DNA of 63,961 bases, filler included, from an uncultured bacterium (GTDB lineage: Bacteria > Latescibacterota > UBA2968): assembly GCA_964471275.1 (NCBI GenBank). It is 3 parts of 3 records of this genome, joined end to end, with 100 filler letters (N's around TTAATTAATTAA, not from the genome) between each part and the next. Parts side by side here need not be neighbours in the genome. Positions count along the whole stretch, not along the records: positions 1 to 17,107 come from CAYYGZ010000001.1; 2 more parts are not named here. One strand, 5' to 3'. The notes below the pieces were generated by a model, which was not told the DNA's origin, ran no database searches, and saw only the letters and a list, made by a program, of their open reading frames with translations. Below, piece after piece: positions 1 to 10,150 of this stretch; positions within the stretch are counted from its first letter, which is position 1, and each line of letters begins with the position of its first letter. Position numbers and translations under genes: made by a program.

Positions 1-1634
1 TGTGAGACAGATTGCTGCGCATACTCGTTGTGGAAGGGTGTTCCGTGATGCGGGAACCGCTCGCCGCCGGCACAGATGAGAGCACGGCCCCCCTTCATGA
101 CGGCGAAGTCGTTCTGGCTCGCGTGCCCGTGGCTGACCCCACCGTAGGGGGAGGATCGGAACGCGACCATCAAGTCATCGGCGGGGGATGTGATGTCACT
201 GTGAAGGGCCGCCCATCCTATACCCCGAAACACGCGATCGTTGGGCAGGGCCTCGCCGTCCGCCTCACCGACGTTGTCTTCCAGCAGGATTCCGGGGAAT
301 GGATCTACTGTTCCTGGCCCTGCCCCGATCGGACCGACCTGGCCTGCCCACTTACGCAGACGCGAGTCACGTAGTCGAAGGCTGTGGTATTGCATCAGGG
401 TTCGTGCACCCGAGGGCCGGACGTGGCTCTGCTCGGTGTCCCCGAACGGCGTGATCTCGCCAACGGGCGAGACCGCATAGTAGAAGAACCAGGGCAGGTT
501 CCGGTAGAAGGGCTTGAGCCAGATATCGTGACCCGTCGCAACCTGCCACGTGTGGAAGGTCACGGCATCGCGCTGGTTGTAGGACTGGCCGTAGGGTACG
601 CCCTGTGCCCAGCCTCCATCCTGACCGGCCCAATGCGGGAAGTTTGTTGCGATGATCTTGAGTGCATACTCGGCCCAGCCCGCGGCTCGTTCGTCCTCTG
701 CAAGCGCGACGGCGTGTTGCAGGAGGAACCCGGGGAGTCTGCCGTTATGGCTTCCTTCGGGTTTGAAGGGATAGTCGCTCCTCTCCAGCTGCTGTATCAT
801 CTGGTCCGCACGCGCACCGACCATTTTCGAAACTTTGATGCGCTCGTCATCGCTGAACAGGTCATACAGCCAGTCATAGACCTCTGCTCCCGCACGCAGA
901 AGACCCAGCCCGACTTCGTCACCGTAAGGCGCCAGAATCGATGAGATCCCGTCGACATCCCAGCCGGCTGCGTCGACGATCAGAGCTTTGGCACGTTCGC
1001 CGTATACCTGCTCGCCTGTGAGCTGGTAGGTGAGAGCCATCGCGCGCATCGCGTTGTCGTGCACCTTGCGAGTCGCCTGAAAGCAGGCGTGGTATGCGAG
1101 GCGGCGCTCAGCGTGGTCCGTAAGTTGATCGTAGTCAGGCTCGGGAATCGGTTCAATCCACAGCCCTGCATCCGCCATTTTTCTGAGTTCGCCGAATGCC
1201 TCCGCTCGCGATGTCGAGAGTGTCGATCGAACCTCATCCAGCTGTGAAGCGAGAAAGAAGACCCTGGGATGCTCTGAGGGAACGCGGTTCAGAAGTTCGC
1301 GCGTATCCGTCCACGGCTGTTCCGAAGCCCCATCGCAGACTTTAAACTTATAGTCGGACGACCTGGCCTGAACAGAGTCGGTATCGATTACGGCCTCGAC
1401 GTGCCATTTATACTCGCCCGGAGGGAACACCTCTGTAGGAACGTGAATCGGATCGGGAGTCAGAGAGGAGGTGTAATGCTGACTTCCCTCGCGCTCGACA
1501 ATCAGTCGGTACTCGCACGCACCACGTTCAGCAGCTCGCCACCAGGAGAAGCCGGGAGGCGAGAGTGTCATTTCTTCACCTTCACGGGGGTGGATATAGT
1601 TTGAAGCCTGAGGTCGGATTGTCGGGAATTCCAT
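1..1634 (-). CDS. DUF4962 / heparinase II/III-like protein (putative polysaccharide or oligosaccharide lyase), runs off the left edge
   Basis: Not in the ORF track. Manual minus-strand translation from ATG 1634 gives MEFPTIRPQ...SPPGFSWW...VPSEHPRVFF. At the window edge the same frame reads FRSSPYGGVSHGHASQNDF...HNEYAQQSVS, a Hepar_II_III-type SHxHxxQNxF motif. Confidence 0.85.
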   Translation of the reverse strand, partial: MEFPTIRPQASNYIHPREGEEMTLSPPGFSWWRAAERGACEYRLIVEREGSQHYTSSLTPDPIHVPTEVFPPGEYKWHVEAVIDTDSVQARSSDYKFKVCDGASEQPWTDTRELLNRVPSEHPRVFFLASQLDEVRSTLSTSRAEAFGELRKMADAGLWIEPIPEPDYDQLTDHAERRLAYHACFQATRKVHDNAMRAMALTYQLTGEQVYGERAKALIVDAAGWDVDGISSILAPYGDEVGLGLLRAGAEVYDWLYDLFSDDERIKVSKMVGARADQMIQQLERSDYPFKPEGSHNGRLPGFLLQHAVALAEDERAAGWAEYALKIIATNFPHWAGQDGGWAQGVPYGQSYNQRDAVTFHTWQVATGHDIWLKPFYRNLPWFFYYAVSPVGEITPFGDTEQSHVRPSGARTLMQYHSLRLRDSRLRKWAGQVGPIGAGPGTVDPFPGILLEDNVGEADGEALPNDRVFRGIGWAALHSDITSPADDLMVAFRSSPYGGVSHGHASQNDFAVMKGGRALICAGGERFPHHGTPFHNEYAQQSVS

Positions 1635-1708
1635 GGACTGCCTTTCTGTCACGAAGACACACGGAATCGACCGGATCGTTGACGGTCTGGTGGTGGATCG
1701 ATCGCCCT

Positions 1709-1736
1709 ATTATGTTGCTTTATCCAATCGTGTCAA
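1709..1736 (-). promoter_or_regulatory. sigma70-type promoter for the DUF4962 gene
   Basis: Minus strand reads TTGACA-N16-CATAAT, about 75 bp upstream of the start codon. Confidence 0.55.
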
Positions 1737-1753
1737 GGTTCGAGGATGGGGAT

Positions 1754-2293
1754 ATGTCCGATTCTACAATACGCCACAAGAGCCTGGTCCAGCTCTTCAC
1801 ACAGATCGTCGATCGGAGTTTTGGCGATCTTCAGACCGGTGATGACATTCTGCGAACCTATGTTGTCGACCTGCTGGTTTGTTTCGCGCGATCGGATGCG
1901 CTCTACCAGATCCGTGACCCGGGAGGCCAACAGATCGACACGGTTGTCGGCCTCCTCATCGAGGCTGATTGTAATTCGGTCGGTTCCTCGAGTAAGACTT
2001 ACCGCACGCTCCGGCACACAGGCGACTATGCGCTGTTCATGAGAGGCATCTTTCGGGGATACGTTGAAAGACACGGATACCTGGGTTGGTATATGACCGA
2101 GGGACCGAGGGCCTACCGATGTGCGGTGCCACACGCCGTAGACGGGCAGGACAGGGACATCTTGGACCGACTCTGGCGGGATTTCGAACGGATTTCGGGG
2201 GCCCTGGACTATATGCGGAAGGTCTACTTCGGGAACGCAGCACTGCGGAACGGATTCGAGGCCCTTGTCAGACGATTCGACCTTTGGAACTGA
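1754..2293 (+). CDS. conserved hypothetical helical protein
   Basis: ATG 1754 follows GAGGATGGGG. Segments YVVDLL..FARSDALYQIRD, RHTGDYALF.GIF and ALDYMRKVYF look like a real protein. Confidence 0.65.
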   Translation: MSDSTIRHKSLVQLFTQIVDRSFGDLQTGDDILRTYVVDLLVCFARSDALYQIRDPGGQQIDTVVGLLIEADCNSVGSSSKTYRTLRHTGDYALFMRGIFRGYVERHGYLGWYMTEGPRAYRCAVPHAVDGQDRDILDRLWRDFERISGALDYMRKVYFGNAALRNGFEALVRRFDLWN

Positions 2294-2587
2294 TGCGCAC
2301 CTGTCTGCGCTTTTCTTTGTTTGGTCACCCCTCCGACAATCTCGCGCCAGTAAGTCGCTGGGCCGCACACGGCCGCGTCCCGCCCGGCACGGAGCGTGGG
2401 GCAGCCCTTCTCCTCATGAATTGAATGTCCTTGGGTTGCTTGCCTGTTGCCCGCAGTCGTGAACCCCGGGCGAACACATTCAGTTTTACCAGATTCTGCC
2501 TATCTCCCGACTTGCCGACCCCCCGCTTCACCCGCTATGTTGCGCCAAGCAATTCCAGCAGGCATCTGAAACACCTGGAGAGTTCAC

Positions 2588-3790
2588 ATGGCCGAATCAC
2601 ACAAAATCGCGATGCTCGGTACGGGCTTCATCGGGATGTTCTACACGGTGACACTTCACGGGGGACGAAACCGGGACCGGGTGCATCTTTGTTACTCCAG
2701 GAGCGAAGAGCGGGGAAAGGCCTTCGCGGAGAAGTGGCAGATCCCGAAGCATACGACTCGCATCTCGGAGGCTGTTCAGGACAGCGAGATTGATACGGTC
2801 GTGATCGGACTGCCAAACCATCTGCACCAGGAAGCGGTCGAGGCTGCGGCCGCTGCGGGGAAAGCAGTGCTCTGCACCAAGCCGCTGGGACGAAACGCGG
2901 CGGAAGCGAAGGCGATGCTGGATGCGGTCGAAAAGGCCGGGGTATTTGCAGGATATCTCGAGGACCTTGTCTACCCGCCGAAGACGCTCAAGTCCATGGA
3001 CAGTGTCCGTAATGGGGCGCTCGGTCGCGTGCTGTGGGTGAGGTCGAGAGAAACGCATCCGGGGCCGCACAGCGATTGGTTCTGGGATCTCGAACAGGCC
3101 GGTGGCGGAGCGATCGTCGACATGGGCTGCCACTGCGTGGAGATCATCCGAAATTTCATCGGAAAAGGGCAGCGGCCCGTCGAGGTGATGTGCTGGGCAG
3201 ATACGCTTGTGCACCCGATCGAGGCTGAGGATCACGGCGTCGGGTTGATCCGGTTTGAGAACGGATCGATGGGGCAGTTCGAGGTCAGCTGGGCGTTTCG
3301 GGGAGGGATGGATCTGCGTGACGAAGTGTCGGGCACCGAGGGGACGATCTGGCTCGACCACTTTCTACGCACGGGATACGAGATGTTCACGAACGTCGGA
3401 GTGGGTGGCTATGTAGCCGAGAAAGCAGAGGCCGAAACGGGTTGGATGTTTCCCGTAGGTGACGAGGCGCACGAGTTGGGATACACGACGATGTTCTCCG
3501 AGATGTTCAATGCGATGGACGAGGGCCGCGAGCCGATGGAGACATTCTACGACGGGTATGTCGTGAACGCAGTCGTGGATGCGTGCTACCGGTCCGCCAG
3601 GTCGCGTCTGTGGGAAGGTATCGAGATCGACGATTGGCGTGGGGATCCAAAGGCAGACGCACAAGCGCAGTATGCGGAAGAGACGGCGGAGGGACTGGTC
3701 GTGATGAAGCGGGAACACATGCCGGACGGGAAAACCAAAGTGATCCTGAAGGACCGCAGCACGGGAGAGATCACCCAGAAGATCGAGTAG
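2588..3790 (+). CDS. Gfo/Idh/MocA family oxidoreductase
   Basis: N-terminal GTGFIG Rossmann motif, CTKPLG and [18 protein letters not shown]. Confidence 0.92.
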   Translation: MAESHKIAMLGTGFIGMFYTVTLHGGRNRDRVHLCYSRSEERGKAFAEKWQIPKHTTRISEAVQDSEIDTVVIGLPNHLHQEAVEAAAAAGKAVLCTKPLGRNAAEAKAMLDAVEKAGVFAGYLEDLVYPPKTLKSMDSVRNGALGRVLWVRSRETHPGPHSDWFWDLEQAGGGAIVDMGCHCVEIIRNFIGKGQRPVEVMCWADTLVHPIEAEDHGVGLIRFENGSMGQFEVSWAFRGGMDLRDEVSGTEGTIWLDHFLRTGYEMFTNVGVGGYVAEKAEAETGWMFPVGDEAHELGYTTMFSEMFNAMDEGREPMETFYDGYVVNAVVDACYRSARSRLWEGIEIDDWRGDPKADAQAQYAEETAEGLVVMKREHMPDGKTKVILKDRSTGEITQKIE

Positions 3791-3791
3791 C

Positions 3792-4313
3792 CTACCCGAT
3801 CAATGCCACCGCGCGGATGGGCGAACCATCTCCCCCGGTGATTGGGAGAGGCAAGCCGCAGAATGTGAACGGAAGGTCCCGAGGCAACTGATCCAGGTTG
3901 ACGAGCCCGTCGAAGGTGATGATGTCACTTTGGAGGAGCGAACGTTCCAGTTCTTCATCCAGGGAGGGACCGCCGACGAACAAGGGGTGGACGTCCAGGA
4001 TGGTCTCCAAGCAGGCCGTGCTGATCCGGTTATCAAAAATCAGGCCCGTTTGCTCCGGCAGCTGTTGATGGGCTGACACCAGCCTGGCGATTCCCACGAA
4101 ACGATCCAGCGGAATGTCACCGAGCGAGCTTCCCCCGTCGTAGACGTGCGATGGTGCGTCTACGTGCGTGCCCGTGTGTGTCCCAAGAGATATTGTGCGG
4201 AGCTCCCAGCCTGATTTGTCTCTTTCCTGTGTGACCTCGATGCTGACTTCCGGATCCCCTGGATAGACCGGCATCCCGCTTCTTAGGGGCTGCGATAGAT
4301 CAATAATCTGCAT
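3792..4313 (-). CDS. cyclase family protein (kynurenine formamidase-like metal hydrolase)
   Basis: IIDLSQPL, HTGTHVDAPSH and GGDGSPIRAVA motifs. Start at MQIID follows GGAG; 4319 is an alternative start. Confidence 0.88.
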   Translation of the reverse strand: MQIIDLSQPLRSGMPVYPGDPEVSIEVTQERDKSGWELRTISLGTHTGTHVDAPSHVYDGGSSLGDIPLDRFVGIARLVSAHQQLPEQTGLIFDNRISTACLETILDVHPLFVGGPSLDEELERSLLQSDIITFDGLVNLDQLPRDLPFTFCGLPLPITGGDGSPIRAVALIG

Positions 4314-4688
4314 TCTCATCTCCGCGACACGATCGGGTTCTGCCATTATGGGTCTGCGTAAATGTAGGAACTGTGATGGTGACACTGGTTGTTTTGCTGT
4401 AAATGGCTGTTCCTATAGTGTTTATCTTGCCACTTGGCTGATTGGGGAGTGGCTGCCGGTTGCTCCGAAAACCTTCGTTGTCCTGCGAATGAATTCGTAT
4501 CGACTGGATTTGAGTTCACGCCTCCGGGCATTTAGCATCCCATGACAGCTGAAGGCTTCGTTCTGGCTGCCGTCGGTCGGTCTTGTGTCACTGGATGTGC
4601 AGGATGAGGAAATGGGTTGAGCGATCGCAGGGGTTCGTTTGCCGCCGCGCAGCTCCGCGCGTAGCAGACCTTGTCTGCCAGTACGCAT

Positions 4689-5244
4689 TTACGACACGCG
4701 ATATGGATCTCGTCTCACGATCGATATCGTCGCCGGGAGTCCAAGGTGTTTCCACACGGTGTGTCCGTCTATGCCCCCAACCCGAGCCGCATAGAGACTC
4801 GTGACTGTTCCGTGTGTCACTTAGGCGATGTTCGCGGATCTGTCATCGATATCATGCTCGATGTGCGCAATGGCCGTTTGGAATCGGTCGGTCGCCTCAG
4901 CGCCCCGTTTCTTGACCAAAGACACGTTCTTCCGGTGTTGTGAAGAGACCTCCAACCGCCTGCTCGAAGTCTGTCTGCTCAAGGTAGCCGACACCCGTCC
5001 TGTCGTGCTCGCGTAGATCGGTGTGGGTTCGGGTCTCGATACTCAGATGGGCTCCTATCGTCTTGCCCGTCTGTCTCGCTTTGGGTTCCTCATTCGTGAA
5101 CACAAGGTCGATCTCGGCGTCTGCCAGGCAGTGCGCCAATCTCTGCGCGCCCGCAAGTCCTTCGCTGGAGAGTTCCCAGGTTCGCGATGGACTTTCCCGA
5201 TCGATCTGGGGATGGGCGTGTCTGATGAGGATGATGCTCGACAA
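4689..5244 (-). pseudogene. histidine phosphatase (phosphoglycerate mutase-like) pseudogene
   Basis: N-terminal LIRHA. The frame ends at ETGR* and continues after a 1-nt shift near 4900 as AEATDRFQTAI...NIA*VTHG..., with an in-frame TAA at 4821-4823 just before the second catalytic His motif. Confidence 0.75.
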
Positions 5245-5273
5245 TGAGGTCCCTTCTCAAAGGAGGCCTTTAA

Positions 5274-5303
5274 TTGACAGATTCCGTCCCGAGCGGTTAC
5301 TTT
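5274..5303 (+). promoter_or_regulatory. sigma70-type promoter
   Basis: TTGACA-N18-TACTTT upstream of the lipoprotein-phosphatase-TPR-isomerase cluster. Confidence 0.5.
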
Positions 5304-5525
5304 ACGCGCCGCGGGAAGCTCTCATTTGGCTCCTCGGTTCACCGGGCAGGAAGGCCCTGAGGCGGCTGAATGAAGATAGGGGACGTGTCGGGGTGGGGAA
5401 AGGATACCCCCTGCCCCGGAAGGGAGATTTGGGCAAAGCGCGAGGAGAATTCGCTGATCCTGAAGCTGGCTGTTCCGATTCCTCAATGGGGTTTCAGGAG
5501 CCGTGCAATCGATCGAGGAGTCACG

Positions 5526-5963
5526 ATGCTCAGTGTGGGTGACGTGTCCAGACGGCTATGGCTCAGTCTCGCCACGATGTCTATGCTTGCCTGCACCAGT
5601 GACCCGCTGCAGCTCGATAATGACAGCCTCTCCGCTCTCTTGTCGATTTCAGACGTCAGGAAGACACGTGTCCAGGACACAGCCAACCCCGAACTCATGT
5701 CCGGTCTGATCGTTGATGCGACGGTTGTCCATACAGGGTTCGTGACGGTTGACGTACCGTTTCGAATGACCTGGTCGATTCGCCGTAGTGGAGTGACGAT
5801 CGCCTCCGCCACGCGTGACTTTGAAGCCGGTTTCTCCCCTGGGAGAAGTGCACCAGTAAGACTTACGCTGCGATTCGCGCCGGTTGCCGATCTTGGGGGC
5901 ACCAGCGATGTCGTGACATTCGATTTGCTCGAGATGTCTACACTCTCAACTCTGGGTGGCTGA
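5526..5963 (+). CDS. hypothetical lipoprotein
   Basis: GAGGAG RBS at 5515-5520; signal peptide with lipobox MLAC; stop overlaps the next start (TGATG). Confidence 0.65.
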   Translation: MLSVGDVSRRLWLSLATMSMLACTSDPLQLDNDSLSALLSISDVRKTRVQDTANPELMSGLIVDATVVHTGFVTVDVPFRMTWSIRRSGVTIASATRDFEAGFSPGRSAPVRLTLRFAPVADLGGTSDVVTFDLLEMSTLSTLGG

Positions 5964-6652
5964 TGCAACTCTATCTGGTTCGACACGGACAATCGTTCAA
6001 CAATACACTGCCTGATGGGATCGGCCGCGTTGCAGATCCACCTTTGACGGACGTCGGAGAGAAGCAGGCTCCGCTGGTAGCGAGGTTCCTCGCCGAAGAG
6101 GCTGCGAAAGATCCCTACAATTCCGCGGGCTCCGTCGATACGTTCGGGATCACGAAGCTGTTCACGTCTGCCCACCTGCGGTGTCTTCAGACCTCTGAAC
6201 CGATTGCGGAGGCGCTCGATCTGGACCCACATATCTGGGTCGACGTGCACGAGGAATGCGGGATCTGGCTAGATGATGTGGAGACGTTGCCCGGATTGAG
6301 GCGATCCGAGATTTCTGAGCGCTTTCCTCGCGTTGTGATCCCTGACGAGATTGGCGAGGAGGGCTGGTGGAACAGACCCCGTGAGACGGAGTCCCAGTGG
6401 CTGGAACGCGCGATGCGAGTTGCCGATGAACTCTGGCGTGTATACGCAGAGACTGATGAGCGCATCGCCATCGTCGCTCACGGTGGTTTTATCAAGGATC
6501 TCGTGAGTGCGCTGATCGCTCACGGGCCGCTGCCAAGCGGGACCATCTCCTCGCGCAACACGTCTATTACCCATTTCTCTTTCGAAGACGGCAAATTGAT
6601 TCTCGGGTATCTGAACCGCGTGGACCATCTTCCTCCGGAGCTGGTTACGTGA
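5963..6652 (+). CDS. histidine phosphatase family protein
   Basis: LYLVRHGQS, RCLQT, VAHGG and NRVDHL motifs. Confidence 0.9.
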   Translation: MQLYLVRHGQSFNNTLPDGIGRVADPPLTDVGEKQAPLVARFLAEEAAKDPYNSAGSVDTFGITKLFTSAHLRCLQTSEPIAEALDLDPHIWVDVHEECGIWLDDVETLPGLRRSEISERFPRVVIPDEIGEEGWWNRPRETESQWLERAMRVADELWRVYAETDERIAIVAHGGFIKDLVSALIAHGPLPSGTISSRNTSITHFSFEDGKLILGYLNRVDHLPPELVT

Positions 6653-7932
6653 ACCGATTGCCGCGATCACGAGCACGGCGACTTGCCGGTGTGCTCGCGC
6701 TTCTGGTTCTACCGGTGTCCGTGGATTCTGCGCAGCCAGATCCGGGACGGGATGAGGATTCTCAACTCAGCCGAGCGGAGGTCTACAACAACAGAGGAAC
6801 ACAACACGCGGCTCGGGGGGATTACCGTCAGGCAGCAGGCGCCTTCCGTAAGGCGATCGAATTCGATCCGGGCATGACCGTCGCTCACTACAACCTCGGA
6901 TTGGCGCTTTCCCGGGTGAAGAACCACAGGGATGCCGCATTTGCCCTTCAGGCGGCTGTACGTCTGTCACCGCGTTATTTCGAAGCCAGGCTCCAGCTCG
7001 GCCTTTCACTGATGGCGCTGAACCAGTACGGCGAGGCAGCGATTGCGTTCGAGGAATGTCTGTCGCTCAAGCAGGGAGATCCGGTCGCCCGGTTCCGCCT
7101 CGGGCAGTCGTACTGGAAAGCCGGCAACTGGGAGCGGGTGATCGCGAACTGGACCGCTCTACTCAATGAATCCCCTGCACATCCAGCGACTGAAACGGCG
7201 CGGCACGAGCTACCACGGGCTTACTATAATCTTGGTCTGCATCATCAAGATGTGGGGAACATTGATGCTGCGCGTGAAGCCTACGACGAGGCACTGAGAA
7301 GAGACTCCCGCTACGTTCCTGCGCTGAACAATCTGGCGATCATGGAGCAGGTGGCGAATAGGGACGAGAAAGCGGCAGAACTTTTCGGCTTGGCAACCGA
7401 GATCGACCCCGAGCACGAGGGGGCACGTCTGGGGCTGGCCGGGGCCTTGCTTGCGCTGGGGCGGATACCGGAGGCGATCGAGCATTACCAGGGATTGCAG
7501 ACCCGGCTGCCCGAGGATGGTCGAGCCTACCGTGGGTTGGCGCTCTGCCACATCAAGTCGGGGGATCGCGACAAGGCGCTCGAGTGGGTGGCAGCAGCAG
7601 AGGAGCGATCGGACCGGTACGAGGCACGCCTGCTTGAAGCTTTTGTGTATGAACACAATCTGTCCGGCGAGCGGTATGGTGTGGGCTTCGATGATAAGGC
7701 CGCAGAGGAAGTATACCGCCAGGTGATCGAGTTGTATCCTGGACGGGCCGAGGCACACTACAACCTGGGCGTCATTCACGCCCGCGTGGAGAGATGGGAG
7801 CACGCCGTGGCGAGTCTGGAGCGCGTGCTGGCCATCGATTCGACCTACGCGGCGGCCCGAGTCGCACTAGCCGAGGTCGAGCGTGTAACGAAGAGCCAGA
7901 ATATCCATATTCTGCGAATCAAACGTCCTTAG
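6649..7932 (+). CDS. secreted tetratricopeptide repeat protein
   Basis: Signal peptide followed by many TPR motifs (AHYNLG, AYYNLG, ALNNLA). Confidence 0.88.
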   Translation: MNRLPRSRARRLAGVLALLVLPVSVDSAQPDPGRDEDSQLSRAEVYNNRGTQHAARGDYRQAAGAFRKAIEFDPGMTVAHYNLGLALSRVKNHRDAAFALQAAVRLSPRYFEARLQLGLSLMALNQYGEAAIAFEECLSLKQGDPVARFRLGQSYWKAGNWERVIANWTALLNESPAHPATETARHELPRAYYNLGLHHQDVGNIDAAREAYDEALRRDSRYVPALNNLAIMEQVANRDEKAAELFGLATEIDPEHEGARLGLAGALLALGRIPEAIEHYQGLQTRLPEDGRAYRGLALCHIKSGDRDKALEWVAAAEERSDRYEARLLEAFVYEHNLSGERYGVGFDDKAAEEVYRQVIELYPGRAEAHYNLGVIHARVERWEHAVASLERVLAIDSTYAAARVALAEVERVTKSQNIHILRIKRP

Positions 7933-7945
7933 AGGAGAAGACAGC

Positions 7946-8950
7946 ATGGCACAGGCAGAGGTGATTCTTTCGGGGTTTGCGGATGAAGGTCCCGTGAGCA
8001 AGCGTGCGGAAGAGCAGTTCACGATGATGCGGACGCTTGGCATGTCCTACTACACGATCAGATTCATCGATGTTGATCAGGGCATGAAGAATGTGATGGA
8101 ACTCTCGGATGAGGAGATCGATCAGGTCAAGGAACTGCACGAGGCCTATGATATCCGGATCTCATCGATCGGATCCCCGATCGGCAAGGTGAAGCTCAAC
8201 GAGGTCGATGATGGAACGGAAAACAGATACGTCCCGTTCGATGAATACCTGGATAAGGACGTTCAGCGTGCGATCGATCTGGCAAAAGCATTCGATACAA
8301 AGCTTCTCCGCGGGTTCACATACTACCATCCGCACGGAACGGATCCCTGGCCCCACGTCGATCAGGCCGCAGACCAGCTCAAGCAAATCGTTGCGAAATG
8401 CGAGGCGGAGGGGATCATCTACGGTCTCGAGGTTGAATCTGATCTGATTGGTGGCGACGGCGAGACCCTCGCCGCTCTGCACGAGAAGATCGGCAGCGAC
8501 TACAGCTACATCATCGAGGATGTGGGAAACATGGAATACATGGGGCACTCTGCGGAGAGTGCCTACGAGCATTATCTCAAGATGAAACCAGGTCTGGGAT
8601 GGATACACATCAAGGGATTCTGTCAGCCGGAGAAGCCGGATATGCTCGAAATGGCGGCTGGGCGGGGATTGACGCGCTTCATTCCGGTGGATCAGGGCGA
8701 CGCCGGTCACGAGATGGTGCTGCGTGATTTCAAGACGATGGTGCCGGACCTGGATGCCAAGTTCAAATCGCTCGGCGTACCCGGGGTCTTCATCGACCTC
8801 GAACCGCACGTTAAGGGCGGTGGTCAGTTCGGCGGCATGAGCGGCGTTGATGGATTCGGCGTAGCTTTCAGGGCGCTCTGCAATCTGCTCGACTATCTGG
8901 GATATGACTACCACCTGACCGGGTATGAGGATCTGCACAGGAGAGACTAG
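7946..8950 (+). CDS. sugar phosphate isomerase/epimerase (xylose isomerase-like TIM barrel)
   Basis: LSGFADE, SIGSPIGK, HIKG and LEPH motifs; GAGGAG RBS. Confidence 0.85.
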   Translation: MAQAEVILSGFADEGPVSKRAEEQFTMMRTLGMSYYTIRFIDVDQGMKNVMELSDEEIDQVKELHEAYDIRISSIGSPIGKVKLNEVDDGTENRYVPFDEYLDKDVQRAIDLAKAFDTKLLRGFTYYHPHGTDPWPHVDQAADQLKQIVAKCEAEGIIYGLEVESDLIGGDGETLAALHEKIGSDYSYIIEDVGNMEYMGHSAESAYEHYLKMKPGLGWIHIKGFCQPEKPDMLEMAAGRGLTRFIPVDQGDAGHEMVLRDFKTMVPDLDAKFKSLGVPGVFIDLEPHVKGGGQFGGMSGVDGFGVAFRALCNLLDYLGYDYHLTGYEDLHRRD

Positions 8951-9245
8951 CGGAGCTGTGAGCTAACGTCTGGGTCCTAGATCGGATGGCGATTCCACGA
9001 ACCCGGAAGGGCCATCGTACAGGAATCGATCGCGCGCCGAGGCTGGCGGACGATCTACAGTGCATAAGCGAGGCCCCCGACTCCAGATGAGACCCGGATT
9101 CGTCGGAAGCGGTCTTTCGCTCCACACTACGGTCGCGACGGGTCGATTTATGATTGTAGCTTGACACGGTTAGGTCGATCGTCACCCATCACGCGTTGAG
9201 GCCTGGCCGGGGACGTTCTCGAGGATCGGTATAAGTTTGCTCATT

Positions 9246-9271
9246 TGTGCCGGGGTTACTGCCCCGGCACA
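9246..9271. other. perfect 10-bp GC-rich hairpin just upstream of the HAD gene RBS (possible terminator or attenuator)
   Basis: TGTGCCGGGG-ttactg-CCCCGGCACA followed by TTTGTTT. Confidence 0.5.
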
Positions 9272-9289
9272 TTTGTTTCAGGGAGAGGC

Positions 9290-10150
9290 ATGATCAAGCT
9301 CGTTGCGTTCGATCTGGACGGCACGGTTGTGGATCACCGGAATGTGCCGACGCCCAGTACGCTGGATACCATTCAGCGGCTGATTGATGCTGGCATCCAC
9401 GTGGCCTCGATCAGCGGTCGGAGTATTTCCAAGAGTCAGTATCCCTTCGAGCAGAACGCGGATTTCGCTGAATCGTTGAGCGTTGGGTCATACAACGGCG
9501 CCGTCGTGCTGGATCGAGTGAGAGACGGGAAACGTCGACCGCTGCACGAGCAAAGGATGCCGGTGGATACTTTTTGGGAGATCACCGGAGGACTCGGCCG
9601 TGTGGGTATGAACTACATCTACTGTCACCTCAAGCTTGGGGGTGCAGGTCTTGAGATCGAAGACTACATCGCTCTACGCCAGGACAAGACAATCGATGAT
9701 ATGACCGTCCAGACCGGGACTGAGTTCGTGATCGATCCGGATCTCACCCAGAAGATCATTGAGGGGGTATATGGTGTGCCCCCGAAGATCCTGATCTGTC
9801 CTGGAGAGACCGAGCGCGAGTCAGTCTATGCCGATCTGAAAGCGAGATTCAGCGAGCGGCTCTATATCGAGCGCACGGATTCCGACAGGGTTGAGGCGAT
9901 GCATCCCGACGTGAACAAGGCAAAGGCACTTGCGGAAATCTGCAAGGCTTGCGGCGTCGATGTGAACGAGGCCATGGCCATAGGTGATGGGAGCAACGAT
10001 CTCACCATGCTGGAGTCGGCTGGTGTGGGCGTGCTGCTAGGGAATGCTGATGAGAGAACGAAGCAGATGGCACGGGATGTCGAGCACGTCGCATCCTTTC
10101 ACGACAACGGGTTCACTGCGGCCGTCGAGCGCTTTGTCTTTGGGGAATAG
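9290..10150 (+). CDS. Cof-type HAD-IIB family hydrolase
   Basis: FDLDGT, SGR, NK..AL and GDGSNDLTML motifs. Confidence 0.92.
   Translation: MIKLVAFDLDGTVVDHRNVPTPSTLDTIQRLIDAGIHVASISGRSISKSQYPFEQNADFAESLSVGSYNGAVVLDRVRDGKRRPLHEQRMPVDTFWEITGGLGRVGMNYIYCHLKLGGAGLEIEDYIALRQDKTIDDMTVQTGTEFVIDPDLTQKIIEGVYGVPPKILICPGETERESVYADLKARFSERLYIERTDSDRVEAMHPDVNKAKALAEICKACGVDVNEAMAIGDGSNDLTMLESAGVGVLLGNADERTKQMARDVEHVASFHDNGFTAAVERFVFGE

Noticed and set aside
12..1604. Short ORFs listed in the first 1.6 kb and in 62863-63826
   Set aside because: They are shadows or alternate frames of the edge-truncated DUF4962 gene and ispH, which the ORF track missed.
5410..5430. CCGGAAGGGAG resembling the SRP RNA domain IV loop, and partial riboswitch-like words nearby
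   Set aside because: The flanking CAGG/AGCA internal-loop signature and the conserved cores of cobalamin, TPP, FMN and c-di-AMP riboswitches are missing.
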